A DNA stretch of 64,000 bases from an uncultured Rhodanobacteraceae bacterium (GCA_937928755.1 CALEZI010000117.1:21541-85540), one strand, 5' to 3'; positions 18,329 through 28,424 are shown, numbered from the stretch's first letter. The notes: a model not told the origin generated them from the sequence alone. Numbers and translations are program-made.

Positions 18329-21226
18329 ATGTCTGACATCCCGAATCTCCCCGTGAACCAGCTCAAGCTGGTCGTCAGCGACGCCCAGGAACTGGCCAAG
18401 GGCATGTCGATTGCCGACAAGGGCGGCATCCGCCATCTGGCGCGACATGGCAACAAGCTTTACGCCGAGGCCGATGGCAGCGGCGCGACGCCGTACAAGG
18501 CGCAGATCGTGCACGACGACAAGGGCTGGCGCGGACGCTGTTCGTGCATGGCAGCGCGCAGTCGGCCCTTCTGCAAGCACGCCGCCGCGCTGCTGGTGGC
18601 CTGGTCGCGCGACCCGGCTGCGTTCGCGGTGGCCGAGGCGCCGCCGGCGGTCGCAACTGGCGAACCCGGCAGCGAGGCCAAACGCGCCAAGCCGAAGACC
18701 GGCAAGGTCGATGCCAATGCGCTGATGCGCCAGGGCATCGAGCAGACCCTGAACCTGGTGCGTGAACTGGCGTTGTCTGGCATCAGCACGATCAGCGCCG
18801 AGCGTGTGGCGCAGATCCGCGCGCTGGCAGAAACCCTGCGCGCCGAACGCCTGCGCCGGATCAGCGCGCGGCTGCTGGAACTGGCCGGGCTGCTGGATAC
18901 CGCGGTCGCCGACTTCGGCCTGCTCGACTCAGAAGCTTACGCCGCAGCACTCACCGACATCAGCCTGAGCGCGCGACGAGTCAGCCGTCATCTGGACGGC
19001 AGCGATCCGCTCAAACCGGAATACGTCGAGACGCTGATCGGCAAGACCTGGACCAAAAAAGACCGTGCCGACGCGGGCAAGCTCGATCTGATCGAGTACG
19101 CCTTCATCCACGAGATCACCGCCGACGACTACGTCATCCGCGAGAGTCGTTTCGTCGACCTGGCGAGCGGTACGCACTACAGCGAGAAACAGATCCTGCC
19201 GGCCTTCCTGGCCAAGCGCACGGCGCCCAAGCGCAGTTACGCCGGATTCGTGTTGCGCGGCGCCGGCGGCGGGCGTTATCCGGGTTTCGCGCCGCTGCGC
19301 CTCGACCTTGCCGAGGAGGGTCGATTCGATGAACCGGCGGCTGGCGATTTCGCGGGCGTGCTCGCCAATGCGCTGCCGAGCGTAAGCGCGGCGCTTGCGA
19401 CGCTCGCCGAGGCGCGCAAGGACGTGTTCGGCGCCGACAGCGTGCCGGTAGCCATTCGCCTGGATTCGCTGTACGCCGAGGGCGAGCGCCTGTTTGCCGT
19501 GGATGGCGGCGGCGACAGTCTGTTGATCGGCGGCGGTACGGACACCGTGATGGCGGTGACTCAGGCGCTGACCCAGGCCGAGCTCAAGTGCGTGCTCGGC
19601 GATCTGCTGCTGCTTGGCGCGATGCCATGCCTGAATCCCCTGGCGCTGGTCATCGAACGCGCCGGGCAGGTGGAATTGGTGCCGCTGCCTGTCGTCGACC
19701 AGACCACGTTGCTGCGTCAACGCAAGCTCAAGCGCGTGGGCAAGCGCGAACGCTGGATCGACAGCGCGCGTGAGTTGGGTGTGAACGCTGCGGCGCTCGT
19801 TCTCGGCGAAGTGCGCGAGGAACTTGCCGATACCTTGAGCGAAGGCCTGAGTGCCTTGGGAACACGACGCGCTGACGGCATGGTCAGTCGACTGCAGGGA
19901 TTGGGCCTGGCGAAGCCGGCGGCCTTGCTCGCCGAAGTCGCCCAGCGCGCAGATCCGGCAGAGAAACTCGACGACGTGCTGCGTCTGCTGCAGGTGCTCG
20001 GCATCGGCCTGACGCGCCTCGCGGCCAGCAAGAAGATCGACCGTTCCACACTGGTGCGCTCGCCGCTGCACCCGGCCATCGAGGTACTGCCGCCGGATGT
20101 GCATCTGGAGCCCGCCGATCTGCTGGCCGAACTGGGATCGAGCCGATTGCAGGGTCACAGTCGCGCAATCGCCATCGATCGCGCACTGGCCGCTTACGAC
20201 TCCGATACGCTCGCGCAACTGGCGCCAATGCTGTTCGCCGATGGCAGTGTCTGCGGGTTGGTCGTCGGGCGTTATGCGGCGCATCCGGAGCTGGCCATGG
20301 AACTGGCGCAACACGCGCTGAGCGCCAATCCGTCGCGCATTCGCCGCTGGACCGTCGAGTCCGCGTACGCCGACCAGGCGCGTGTTGCCAAGTTGACCGC
20401 GATCCTGCTGCTGCAAACACTGGCAACGCCAGCGGCGCGCGAGGTGTTGCGTCAGTTCCGCGATCAGCGACGTCCGGATCCCGCGCTCAAGGCGATGGCC
20501 AACTGGGCGCTCGAACCCGCGCATGCGCCGGAAGTCCGCCCGGAGTTGCTTGCCGGGCTGAATGCCCCCAACCGCGACGAGCGCATCCAGTACCTGCAAA
20601 AGATCGGCCAGAACGGCGCGATCGCCGCAATCCATTCGGTACGCCTGGTTGCCGCCAGCGACGCCAGCATGCCGGTGCGCTACAGCGCCTGGGCGACGCT
20701 GGCGCTGCTGCTCGACGTCGGTGTCGTGCCGATGCTGATCGGCAAGCTGCAGGACCGCCGCAATGACGACGACGCGGCGCGCGAAGCGGCGCACGCGCTC
20801 GGTCTGCTCGGCGACAGTCGCGCGATCGGTCCACTGCTGGCGGCATTCACCGAAGCTTTCAAGCCGGCGATCATCGCCGACAGCTTGCGCGCCATTGGGC
20901 CCGCTGTGCTGCCCGCACTGGTCGACCATGTCGATCGTCAGCCCGAACTGGCGGAGCGCAAGGTCGCGCAGGAACTGGTCATCGGTGTCGGCGCGGAGCT
21001 GTCGCGCGATTTTCTCGCCGCGCGGCTGCAGCAGGTACCGCAAGGTGACCTCGTGGCGTGCGCGCAGCGCTATCTCAAGCTGGCCAGCGGTGCGACCCAG
21101 TTGAAGCTTTGGGTTGCCGATGCCGTCGAGGCACGCGTGACGGCAGACGGCGCCGAAGTCCCGGCCGAGCTCAAGAAGATCCTGAGTCGGGCGCGTGTTC
21201 CACCCAAGGCACGTGCGAAAGCGTAG
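18329..21226 (+). CDS. SWIM zinc-finger protein with long helical body and C-terminal HEAT/PBS-lyase-like repeats (YehQ-like, extended)
   Basis: SWIM motif CSCMAARSRPFCKHAAALL. The C-terminal repeats include AAREAAHALGLLGDSRAIGPLL. I chose the ATG at 18329 because the track start (18263) lies inside the tandem repeat. Confidence 0.7.
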   Translation: MSDIPNLPVNQLKLVVSDAQELAKGMSIADKGGIRHLARHGNKLYAEADGSGATPYKAQIVHDDKGWRGRCSCMAARSRPFCKHAAALLVAWSRDPAAFAVAEAPPAVATGEPGSEAKRAKPKTGKVDANALMRQGIEQTLNLVRELALSGISTISAERVAQIRALAETLRAERLRRISARLLELAGLLDTAVADFGLLDSEAYAAALTDISLSARRVSRHLDGSDPLKPEYVETLIGKTWTKKDRADAGKLDLIEYAFIHEITADDYVIRESRFVDLASGTHYSEKQILPAFLAKRTAPKRSYAGFVLRGAGGGRYPGFAPLRLDLAEEGRFDEPAAGDFAGVLANALPSVSAALATLAEARKDVFGADSVPVAIRLDSLYAEGERLFAVDGGGDSLLIGGGTDTVMAVTQALTQAELKCVLGDLLLLGAMPCLNPLALVIERAGQVELVPLPVVDQTTLLRQRKLKRVGKRERWIDSARELGVNAAALVLGEVREELADTLSEGLSALGTRRADGMVSRLQGLGLAKPAALLAEVAQRADPAEKLDDVLRLLQVLGIGLTRLAASKKIDRSTLVRSPLHPAIEVLPPDVHLEPADLLAELGSSRLQGHSRAIAIDRALAAYDSDTLAQLAPMLFADGSVCGLVVGRYAAHPELAMELAQHALSANPSRIRRWTVESAYADQARVAKLTAILLLQTLATPAAREVLRQFRDQRRPDPALKAMANWALEPAHAPEVRPELLAGLNAPNRDERIQYLQKIGQNGAIAAIHSVRLVAASDASMPVRYSAWATLALLLDVGVVPMLIGKLQDRRNDDDAAREAAHALGLLGDSRAIGPLLAAFTEAFKPAIIADSLRAIGPAVLPALVDHVDRQPELAERKVAQELVIGVGAELSRDFLAARLQQVPQGDLVACAQRYLKLASGATQLKLWVADAVEARVTADGAEVPAELKKILSRARVPPKARAKA

Positions 21227-21320
21227 CAGTGCCCACTGGCCATCAACCGCCAAATCGTCATTGCGAATCAGCCTTGGCGATTGTGGCAAACGCTCCATCC
21301 GCGCAGCGCATCCAGCGACA

Positions 21321-21478
21321 TTGAACCCGCTCATCCTGAGCAAGGCATCCAACGCTCCATCAGGATGCGTCGTCGAAGGACGAGCAGGGCCTCCAGGACG
21401 TCGCACACCGATCGCCCCGCGGCACCCTTCGACGCCGCATCCCGATGAAGCCGGGATGCCCTGCTCAGGGTGAACGGC
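21321..21478. repeat. MITE-like nested inverted repeat, second copy of the 13823-13972 family
   Basis: TTGAACCCGCTCATCCTGAGCAAGGCATCC ... GGGATGCCCTGCTCAGGGTGAACGG, with the same inner GTCGAAGGACGAG/CTTCGACGCCGC pair. Confidence 0.7.
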
Positions 21479-21544
21479 TCACAAATTCAATAACTTACGA
21501 TATCGGCTCTTGGAGAGCTGAGCTTACTCGGCTGGGAGAGCGAC

Positions 21545-23170
21545 TCAAGTCCCCGGCTGCAAATACGCCACCGGCGCGAACAGCAGGCGTTCGCGACGAC
21601 GTGGGTCGAGCTCCACGCGGGTCTCGGTGTCGAAAATCATCGCCGGGCGTTGCGCGAGTTCGAACTGCGGCCACTGCGGTAATCCTCGGACGTTCGGATC
21701 GCCCGTGCGCGCAAATGCCAGCAGCGCATCGCTCATCCGGTCGGCGAGTGCCTGGGCGGAAACGTCACCGGCGGTGTACGGGCTTGCATCCACCGTGTTG
21801 AACAAGAGCGGGATGTCGACCATGTGCGGCGCGCCCCAGCGGCCGCCGTCGAGCGGTGACTGCCAGTGCACGTAATAGGTCCAGGTCGGCGCGCCCTGTT
21901 CGGCACGGCGTTCGGCTTCGATCAACATGCCGCGCCAGGAACGCGCCGCGGTGGTGATGGAAAAGAACAACTCGCTCGGTGAGGCCCGTGGATACCAGCG
22001 GCGATAATGCTCGACGATCGCTTCGGCGCTGAGTGGCCCCATGAACTGCGCGATGTGCTGCTTGAGCTTGTCCGGCAGGCCAATCCAATCGAGTTCAAAC
22101 GTGGTGGGATCGGCCACCCCGATCAGGCTGGTGGTCTCCTGCAGTGTGTTGCCGAGCACCATCGGGATGTGGCGGGACTGGGCCGGCGCGTCCGGAGAAA
22201 ACGGGTCGCGCGGCAGTGCCTTGCCATCGACGACTGGCGTCCAGACGCCGCCCTGCATGGCCTGCAGTACCTGCGTCAGCGGCATCGTTTCGATCTCTCG
22301 CACACGGTCAGGCGACAACTGCAGCGCCGCCAGCACCGCCTGCGCGGTCTCTCGGCCATGCGCCCGCGTGCGCCCGGTCACTTGCTGCCCGCTCATGGTC
22401 CAGACGCGGTGGAACAATCCTCTTGCCGCAGGCATGGCCATCAATGTTGCGCACTTGGCGCCGCCGCCGGACTGACCGAAAAGGGTCACCGACGCCGGAT
22501 CGCCACCAAACGTGGCGATGTTGTCGCGCACCCAGGTCAGGGCCAGCACCAGATCCAGCATGCCGGCATTGCCCGACTCGGCGTAGCGCTCGGCATCGAA
22601 ATCGGCCAGATACAGGAAACCGAAACCACCGATCCGGTGGTGCAGCGTCACTACCACGACATCGCCGCGTCGACTCAACGCTGCGCCGTCATACAGCGGC
22701 TCGCTGACGGCCCCATGGCTGTAACCGCCACCGTGGAAGTAGACCAGCACGGGGCGCTTTGGCGTATCCTCCAGTCCCGCCGTCCACACGTTGAGACGCA
22801 AGCAGTCTTCGCTGATCGTCGCCGGATCGATCGCTGAGGTCTGTGGGCACGCCGGTCCGTACTCGACGGCATCGCGGATTCCGGTCCACGGCGGCGCCGG
22901 CAGCGGCGCACGGAACCGACGGTTTGAGGTATCGGCGCCGTAGGGAATGCCCTTGAAGCTGTGGATGCCGTCCGATTCGACGCCGCGCAACAGTCCGCTT
23001 CTCGTTTCCACCAATACGCTGCCAGCTTCTTCCGTGTGCAGGAGCGCGCTTGCGCGCGATGGCCTTTGAAGGCCCTCGCTCGCAGGTGGCGAATCCTTCA
23101 TGGACTCCCGCTCGCTGCCGCAAGCCGCGAGCACCCATACCACCAGCAACAACGACCGTCGAGACCTCAC
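21545..23170 (-). CDS. type-B carboxylesterase/lipase family lipoprotein
   Basis: Nucleophile elbow FGQSGGG and oxyanion region YFHGGGY. Lipobox signal LLLVVWVLAAC. A GTGA overlap links it to the upstream gene. Confidence 0.85.
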   Translation of the reverse strand: MRSRRSLLLVVWVLAACGSERESMKDSPPASEGLQRPSRASALLHTEEAGSVLVETRSGLLRGVESDGIHSFKGIPYGADTSNRRFRAPLPAPPWTGIRDAVEYGPACPQTSAIDPATISEDCLRLNVWTAGLEDTPKRPVLVYFHGGGYSHGAVSEPLYDGAALSRRGDVVVVTLHHRIGGFGFLYLADFDAERYAESGNAGMLDLVLALTWVRDNIATFGGDPASVTLFGQSGGGAKCATLMAMPAARGLFHRVWTMSGQQVTGRTRAHGRETAQAVLAALQLSPDRVREIETMPLTQVLQAMQGGVWTPVVDGKALPRDPFSPDAPAQSRHIPMVLGNTLQETTSLIGVADPTTFELDWIGLPDKLKQHIAQFMGPLSAEAIVEHYRRWYPRASPSELFFSITTAARSWRGMLIEAERRAEQGAPTWTYYVHWQSPLDGGRWGAPHMVDIPLLFNTVDASPYTAGDVSAQALADRMSDALLAFARTGDPNVRGLPQWPQFELAQRPAMIFDTETRVELDPRRRERLLFAPVAYLQPGT

Positions 23171-24345
23171 GGCGCCGGCGCCGCGGCCTTTGGCGCCTGC
23201 GCGTACACGATCAGGATCGCCAGATCCTCACGACCCACTTGGCGCAGGCTGTGACTGGAACCATCGCGCGTCAGGATTGCCATCCCCGGTACCACCGCGT
23301 GCGCCTTGCCATCCAGCGTCAGCTCGCCGCGTCCGCTGAGCACGTAATAGACCTCATCCTTGCCATGCGCATGCAGACCAATCGACGCGCCCTGGTGCAA
23401 CACGCGCCGGCGCACTGCGAATCCGAAGCCCGGCGCGTCCTTGAAGAACGGCGACGCCACGGTGATGCCATCGCCTCCGTGGGGCGCGATCTGCACCTGC
23501 GCGATGCGCTCGGCGTGCTCGATCAAGGAGGGCAGCGGCTGGCCAGCGTGGCGCTGGCGCTGGTCGGCCGGCACGCCGCAATCCACGTCGCGCGTGGCAA
23601 TCGATGCCGGCAACAACTTCTGCGCGATCAGATCGCCGACCACCAGACAGGCGACAGCGATGGCGCCACGATGGTGAAAATGGGTGTCATCGGCGAGCCC
23701 GACGACCGGGTCATGCAAAAAGTAGGCTTTCGACGCTTCCGGGCCGAGCGCTTCGATCCAGTCCATGCTGCGCTGCGCCAGATCGATCAATGCCACCTTG
23801 TCCGCGGCGGCCACGTCGCGCACCGCCGCGGCGTATGCGCCGTGCGTGTCGACCGCACGGCCCTGTTCGTCAAAGGTTCCGCGCGCCACAGGCGTCAGCA
23901 GCACCGGCGTCGCTCCCGCAGCCCGTGCGGCACTGACGAATCGCCGCAGGCCAGCTGGAAAATCGACCGTGGCATCGGCGTAGCGCGCCGGATCCTCGGC
24001 CTTCTGATCGTTGTGGCCGAACTGAATCAGCAGCAGATCGCCGGCGCGCAGCTCCGCCATGGTGGTGTCGAAATGGCCGAGCGTCCGATAGTCGCGCGTG
24101 CTGCGCCCGGACACGGCACGATTGAGAATTTCGACGTCGTCGGTGACGAAACTGCCCAGCGCCTGACCCCAACCGGTACGCGGATAGCGCGCCTGCGGAT
24201 ACTCACTCGCCGTGGAATCGCCGACGATGACGATGCGCGGCGCGCCGTGGGCGTTGGCGGCGAGCGACAGACTCGCCACGACCAAGACGAGCGACCGACC
24301 CGATCGAAGCAAGCGCTGCAGTCTACCCATCGTCAGCGTTGGCAT
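23167..24345 (-). CDS. SGNH/GDSL esterase (rhamnogalacturonan-acetylesterase-like) fused to a C-terminal cupin domain
   Basis: Signal peptide, block I IVIVGDSTASEY, block III FGHNDQK. The C-terminal cupin motif is GLHAHGKDEVYYVLSGRG...PGMAILTRDGSSHSL. Confidence 0.7.
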   Translation of the reverse strand: MPTLTMGRLQRLLRSGRSLVLVVASLSLAANAHGAPRIVIVGDSTASEYPQARYPRTGWGQALGSFVTDDVEILNRAVSGRSTRDYRTLGHFDTTMAELRAGDLLLIQFGHNDQKAEDPARYADATVDFPAGLRRFVSAARAAGATPVLLTPVARGTFDEQGRAVDTHGAYAAAVRDVAAADKVALIDLAQRSMDWIEALGPEASKAYFLHDPVVGLADDTHFHHRGAIAVACLVVGDLIAQKLLPASIATRDVDCGVPADQRQRHAGQPLPSLIEHAERIAQVQIAPHGGDGITVASPFFKDAPGFGFAVRRRVLHQGASIGLHAHGKDEVYYVLSGRGELTLDGKAHAVVPGMAILTRDGSSHSLRQVGREDLAILIVYAQAPKAAAPAP

Positions 24346-24424
24346 TTCCCTGCACTCTCCGTCCGAGCCTTCGGCACATTGTAGCGACAACCTGTCTACC
24401 GGTGTCATTCAATGGTGCGGACCT

Positions 24425-24487
24425 GTGGGAGCGACCTTGCGTCGCGCGCTCTCACTTTCAGCGCTCGCGACACAAGGTCGCTCCCAC
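24425..24487. repeat. REP-type palindrome, near-identical to 5953-6015
   Basis: GTGGGAGCGACCTTGCGTCGCGCG ... GCTCGCGACACAAGGTCGCTCCCAC. Confidence 0.8.
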
Positions 24488-24621
24488 ATGGGCCATTGCG
24501 CGAACAAGCGCCGCAGCAGGGATGACCGGACCACTCAAGGATCTCCAACCGCGACACCCGAGCGCCGTTGGTCGTGTCACCATATCCGCCCGTCCCGATC
24601 GCCTGCCGAAGGAATCACCCG

Positions 24622-25275
24622 ATGAATCCGACTGCAATTTCGCGCCGCCAGATGCTGCAAGGGAGCCTGGGCACCATTGCCCTGGTCGCCACCAGCCCAC
24701 TGTTGTCCGAGACCCGTGGGGCAACGCCGTCGCAGACCGAGGGTCCGTTCTTCCCGACCCGCGACCAGGCCGACAAGGACATCGACATGACGCTGATCGA
24801 GGGTCATGCCGAGCATGCCCTTGGCGAGGTGGTCGAGATCAGCGGCCAGGTGTTGGCCGAGGACGGCACGCCGATCGCCAATGCACTGGTGGACGTCTGG
24901 CAAGCCAACAGCCACGGCCGTTACGCGCATGAACGCGACACCAATACGGCGCCGCTGGACCCGAACTTCCAGGGTTGGGCGCAGTTCACGACGGATGCGC
25001 AGGGCCGCTATCGGGTCAAGACGATCAAACCGGGTGCCTATCCGGTCGACAAGGGCTGGTCACGACCACCGCACATCCACTTCAAGGTGGCGCTGCGCGG
25101 CTATCACGAGCTGACCACGCAGATGTATTTCGCCGGCGACTCGCTGAACGACATAGACCGTTTGTTGCAGGCGTTGTCCGCCGATGAGCGCAGTCGCGTC
25201 GTCGTTGCCTTTTCAGCTGCAGCGGAGAAAAGCGCGCCGCACGGTCAGTTCGATCTGGTGCTGCGCAAAGTTTGA
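24622..25275 (+). CDS. intradiol ring-cleavage dioxygenase family protein with Tat signal
   Basis: Twin-arginine signal SRRQMLQGSLGTIALVA. TEGPFFP, ALVDVWQANSHGRY, and PPHIHFKV with the Y/H iron ligand pattern. Confidence 0.75.
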   Translation: MNPTAISRRQMLQGSLGTIALVATSPLLSETRGATPSQTEGPFFPTRDQADKDIDMTLIEGHAEHALGEVVEISGQVLAEDGTPIANALVDVWQANSHGRYAHERDTNTAPLDPNFQGWAQFTTDAQGRYRVKTIKPGAYPVDKGWSRPPHIHFKVALRGYHELTTQMYFAGDSLNDIDRLLQALSADERSRVVVAFSAAAEKSAPHGQFDLVLRKV

Positions 25276-25283
25276 CGCCCGCT

Positions 25284-25335
25284 GTGGGAGCGGGTTTATC
25301 CCGCGAAAGCTGTCGCGGAGTAAATCCGCTCCCAC
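25284..25335. repeat. REP-type palindrome (GTGGGAGCGGGTTTATCCCGCGA variant)
   Basis: Inverted repeat immediately after the dioxygenase stop codon. Confidence 0.75.
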
Positions 25336-25404
25336 TTGAAAATCAAGGCCTTACGGCATATTCGAAAAGAGTCCGTGCCTTGTTCGCGCAACGAACATCT
25401 TGAG

Positions 25405-25484
25405 GTAGGTCACCTTGGCCGCGTGGCGGCCTACGTGATAACGCCGACTGTCACGTAGTCTGCTGCGCAGACAACGTGACCTAC
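25405..25484. repeat. 80-bp nested palindrome (GTAGGTCAC...CTACGTGA..TCACGTAG...GTGACCTAC), copy 1
   Basis: Two nested stems, with the outer arm GTAGGTCAC pairing GTGACCTAC. It sits 28 nt downstream of the iorB-like stop. Confidence 0.8.
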
Positions 25485-25512
25485 TTTCAACATCACCGGC
25501 TCGCAAAGATTC

Positions 25513-27837
25513 CTACGACCCCAGCGTCCACCTCTGCGCCGCAAACGGCATGCTGCGCAGACGTTTGCCGGTTGCCGCGAACAGCGCATTGGCGAGCGCC
25601 GGCGCTGCGGTTGGAATGCCCATCTCGCCGGCACCTGAGGGAGCACGCTCGCTGTCGATGATTTCGACTTCGACATCCGGTGCGGCGGCCAACTGCAGCA
25701 ACGGATAGGTGTCGAAGTTGCCCTCGACGACGCGGCCCTTGTCGATGTGGATTTCGAGCGCTTGTGCGGTGCTGATGCCATCGATGGTGCCGCCCATCAT
25801 CTGGGCATCGATGCCCAGGCGATTGATTGGCCGGCCGACGTCGACCACGCAGACGCAGCGCTCGATCCGGTAGGCACCGCCCTCGCCCGCCGAGACTTCC
25901 ATGGCATGAGCGGCGTAACCGCCAAAAGTGAAGTGCGCGGCGATCCCCAGTCCGCGGCCTTTGGGCATTTCACGACCCCAACCGATGTTCTTCGCAGCGC
26001 GCCGCAGCACTTCACTCAAACGACCGGTCTCGAACATCGGGCCGCCGTGGCCGGAATACGGGATCTGCCGCGGCTTGCCGAGCAGTTCGAGCCGGAACGC
26101 CACTGGATCCTTTCCCGCAGCATGGGCGACTTCGTCGACGAAGCTCTGCACAGCAAACGCGTTGGCGGTGTGCGCGGGTGCGCGCCAGGAGCCGCGGGTC
26201 ATGCCGGACTTCACGCCAAACCATTCCATGCGCAGGTTCGGCAGCAACGCGGCCGGAAAATCGTCCGGATACAGTTCCGCCGCCCACATCTGGTCCTCGG
26301 GCATGTTCGGCCGCCGGTAATACTTGCTGGCGCTCGCCAGCCGATGCGCCCATCCGGTGACCTGCTGATCCTGGTCGAGAGTCGCCAGCATATGGTGATG
26401 GCCAAACGGGCGGAAATAATCGTGGCGCAGATCGTCCTCGCGCGTCCACAACAGCCGGATCGGGCGCTTGCTCAACTGCGACAGCAACACGGCCTCGGCG
26501 ACGAAGTCGTTGCTCAGGCGTCGACCAAAACCGCCGCCGACGCGGGTCATCTGCACCTCGATGTTGAAGCGGTCGACTCCGGTGATCTGGTTGGCCAAAC
26601 GCGAGGCACCGGCCGGTTGCTGCATCGGGGCGATGATGCGCACGCGATCCGCCTCGACATGCACGCAGGCATTTTGCGGCTCCAGCGGGCAGTGCGACAC
26701 GAACGGCACGCGATAGACCGCTTCGACCACCCGTGCGGCGCGATTGCGCGCGGCATCGAAGTCACCATCCTCGCGACAGCGAAAGCCCTTGCCCTTCAGC
26801 AACTCGGTGCACTGGGCGTCGAGCGCGGCGCTCGATTCGTCGCGCCAGGGTCCGTCGCTCCAGACGATCTTGAGTGCTGCGCGACCCTTCAGTGCCGACC
26901 ACGTGTCATCGGCCAGCACCGCCACGCCGGGCGCCAGATTGGCGATGATCGGCTCGCCGGATTTCGGTCCGGGAAGGGCAAGAACCTCGCGCACGCCGGG
27001 GATTTTCAGCGCTGCGCTGGCGTCGAAGGACACCAGCTCGCCGTCGAAATTCGGACATCGCGCGACCACCGCGACCAGCGCATCGGGCATGCGCGCATCG
27101 ATCCCGAACTGCGCCTTGCCAGTGACGATTTCGCGCAGCGCAACTTGCGGCTGGGCGCTGCCGATCAACCGGTAGTCCTTGGGCGCCTTGGTGGCCACAT
27201 CTTCGGTCGGCCAGGCTGCCCGGGCGGCCGCGCCGATCAGTGCCGCATAGTTGACGCGTCGACCGTCGCTGTGAATCACCGCTCCGGATTCGGTACGCAG
27301 ATTGTCGACGGCGGCGTTCCAGTGCGACGCGGCCGCGTGCAGCAACACCCAGCGCACGCGCGCGCCGACCTGACGCAGATCGGTCCATGCGTCCGGAATC
27401 GAGGTGCTGCCGCCGGCACCCTGCGGGCCGTATTTCCAGGTCACGCCGGGTTCGGCGTCGATCCTGACGATGCCGAACGGCAACTGTTCGACCTTCACCT
27501 TCGACCAGTCGGCATCCATCTCCTCGGCGATGATCATCGGCAACGAGGTGTTGACGCCCTGCCCGATCTCCGGCGCGCGCGCACCGATATGCGTGGTGCC
27601 GTCCTGATCGATGCGGATGAACAGGCCGATTGCGTTCGTTTGTCGTGGGTCCAGACTTGTCTGGACGCTTGTCGCTTCCGCACGTAGCACTCGCGGCACC
27701 AGACTCGCCGAAATCAGCAGCGCGCCGGTCGCCGTCAGCGTGGCGCGGATGAAATCGCGGCGGGTCAGGCCGGCCTGCACCGCTGTACCCCCATCGAACA
27801 GCGCCGGGCCCCAGTCATCGCGATCGAGCCTGCTCAT
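25513..27837 (-). CDS. molybdopterin-dependent oxidoreductase large subunit (aldehyde oxidase/xanthine dehydrogenase family, IorB-like), Tat-exported
   Basis: Tat signal [18 protein letters not shown] and the two-domain a/b hammerhead-like body typical of IorB-type subunits. The ATG at 27837 overlaps the small-subunit stop (ATGA). Confidence 0.85.
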   Translation of the reverse strand: MSRLDRDDWGPALFDGGTAVQAGLTRRDFIRATLTATGALLISASLVPRVLRAEATSVQTSLDPRQTNAIGLFIRIDQDGTTHIGARAPEIGQGVNTSLPMIIAEEMDADWSKVKVEQLPFGIVRIDAEPGVTWKYGPQGAGGSTSIPDAWTDLRQVGARVRWVLLHAAASHWNAAVDNLRTESGAVIHSDGRRVNYAALIGAAARAAWPTEDVATKAPKDYRLIGSAQPQVALREIVTGKAQFGIDARMPDALVAVVARCPNFDGELVSFDASAALKIPGVREVLALPGPKSGEPIIANLAPGVAVLADDTWSALKGRAALKIVWSDGPWRDESSAALDAQCTELLKGKGFRCREDGDFDAARNRAARVVEAVYRVPFVSHCPLEPQNACVHVEADRVRIIAPMQQPAGASRLANQITGVDRFNIEVQMTRVGGGFGRRLSNDFVAEAVLLSQLSKRPIRLLWTREDDLRHDYFRPFGHHHMLATLDQDQQVTGWAHRLASASKYYRRPNMPEDQMWAAELYPDDFPAALLPNLRMEWFGVKSGMTRGSWRAPAHTANAFAVQSFVDEVAHAAGKDPVAFRLELLGKPRQIPYSGHGGPMFETGRLSEVLRRAAKNIGWGREMPKGRGLGIAAHFTFGGYAAHAMEVSAGEGGAYRIERCVCVVDVGRPINRLGIDAQMMGGTIDGISTAQALEIHIDKGRVVEGNFDTYPLLQLAAAPDVEVEIIDSERAPSGAGEMGIPTAAPALANALFAATGKRLRSMPFAAQRWTLGS

Positions 27838-28298
27838 GCGGACCCTCCCGACCGCGCCATCAGGGCAGCGCGCTTGATCGCCCGACGGATGCGCGGATAG
27901 GTGCCGCAGCGACAAAGGTTGGTCAGAGTATCGATGTCGGCGTCGGTCGGTTCAGGCTGGCGTTTCAGCAGGTCCACCGCCGCCATGATCTGGCCGGCCT
28001 GGCAATAGCCGCACTGAGGCACGTCCTCGGCGATCCACGCCTGCTGCACGACATGCAGCGAGTCGCCGGCAAGGCCCTCGATGGTCAGGACGTTTCGACT
28101 CTCGGCGGCGCTGATCGGAAAGCTGCATGAGCGCACGGCAGCGCCATCCACATGCACCGTACAGGCGCCGCACAGGCCGATTCCGCAACCGTACTTGCTG
28201 CCGGTCAGCCCGGCGTGATCACGCAGATACCACAGCAGCGGCATGCTGGCGTCGCCGTCGAAGGTCGCTTGCTTGCCGTTCAAGGTGAACCGGATCAT
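27834..28298 (-). CDS. (2Fe-2S)-binding small subunit (IorA-like)
   Basis: [11 protein letters not shown] and [10 protein letters not shown]....CRCGTY, the two [2Fe-2S] motifs of xanthine-dehydrogenase-family small subunits. Confidence 0.9.
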   Translation of the reverse strand: MIRFTLNGKQATFDGDASMPLLWYLRDHAGLTGSKYGCGIGLCGACTVHVDGAAVRSCSFPISAAESRNVLTIEGLAGDSLHVVQQAWIAEDVPQCGYCQAGQIMAAVDLLKRQPEPTDADIDTLTNLCRCGTYPRIRRAIKRAALMARSGGSA

Positions 28299-28424
28299 GG
28301 TCGGCCCTCGCGATGGCGAAGACCGATCGTAGCGCCGCCCGGTGGCGGGCGCACCGGTCGGAGGTCATGTGGGAGTCCCGGTCGCCCCTGTCGATGCGCT
28401 TATTCGCGCAAAGAACACACGGAA

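Noticed and set aside
17709-18356. 215-aa ORF (and 167-aa ORF on the opposite strand) encoding a 41-aa tandem repeat
   Set aside because: The ORFs exist only because the 123-bp DNA repeat is a multiple of three. Both strands are open, the unit is a nested palindrome, and the peptides are Arg/Ala/His-rich nonsense. I interpret them as non-coding repeat DNA.
18929-21406. 825-aa minus-strand ORF opposite the SWIM/HEAT gene
   Set aside because: The plus strand carries the SWIM motif and HEAT repeats in operon context. The minus-strand product is low-complexity (R/Q/A/G-rich) and runs into the MITE-like repeat.
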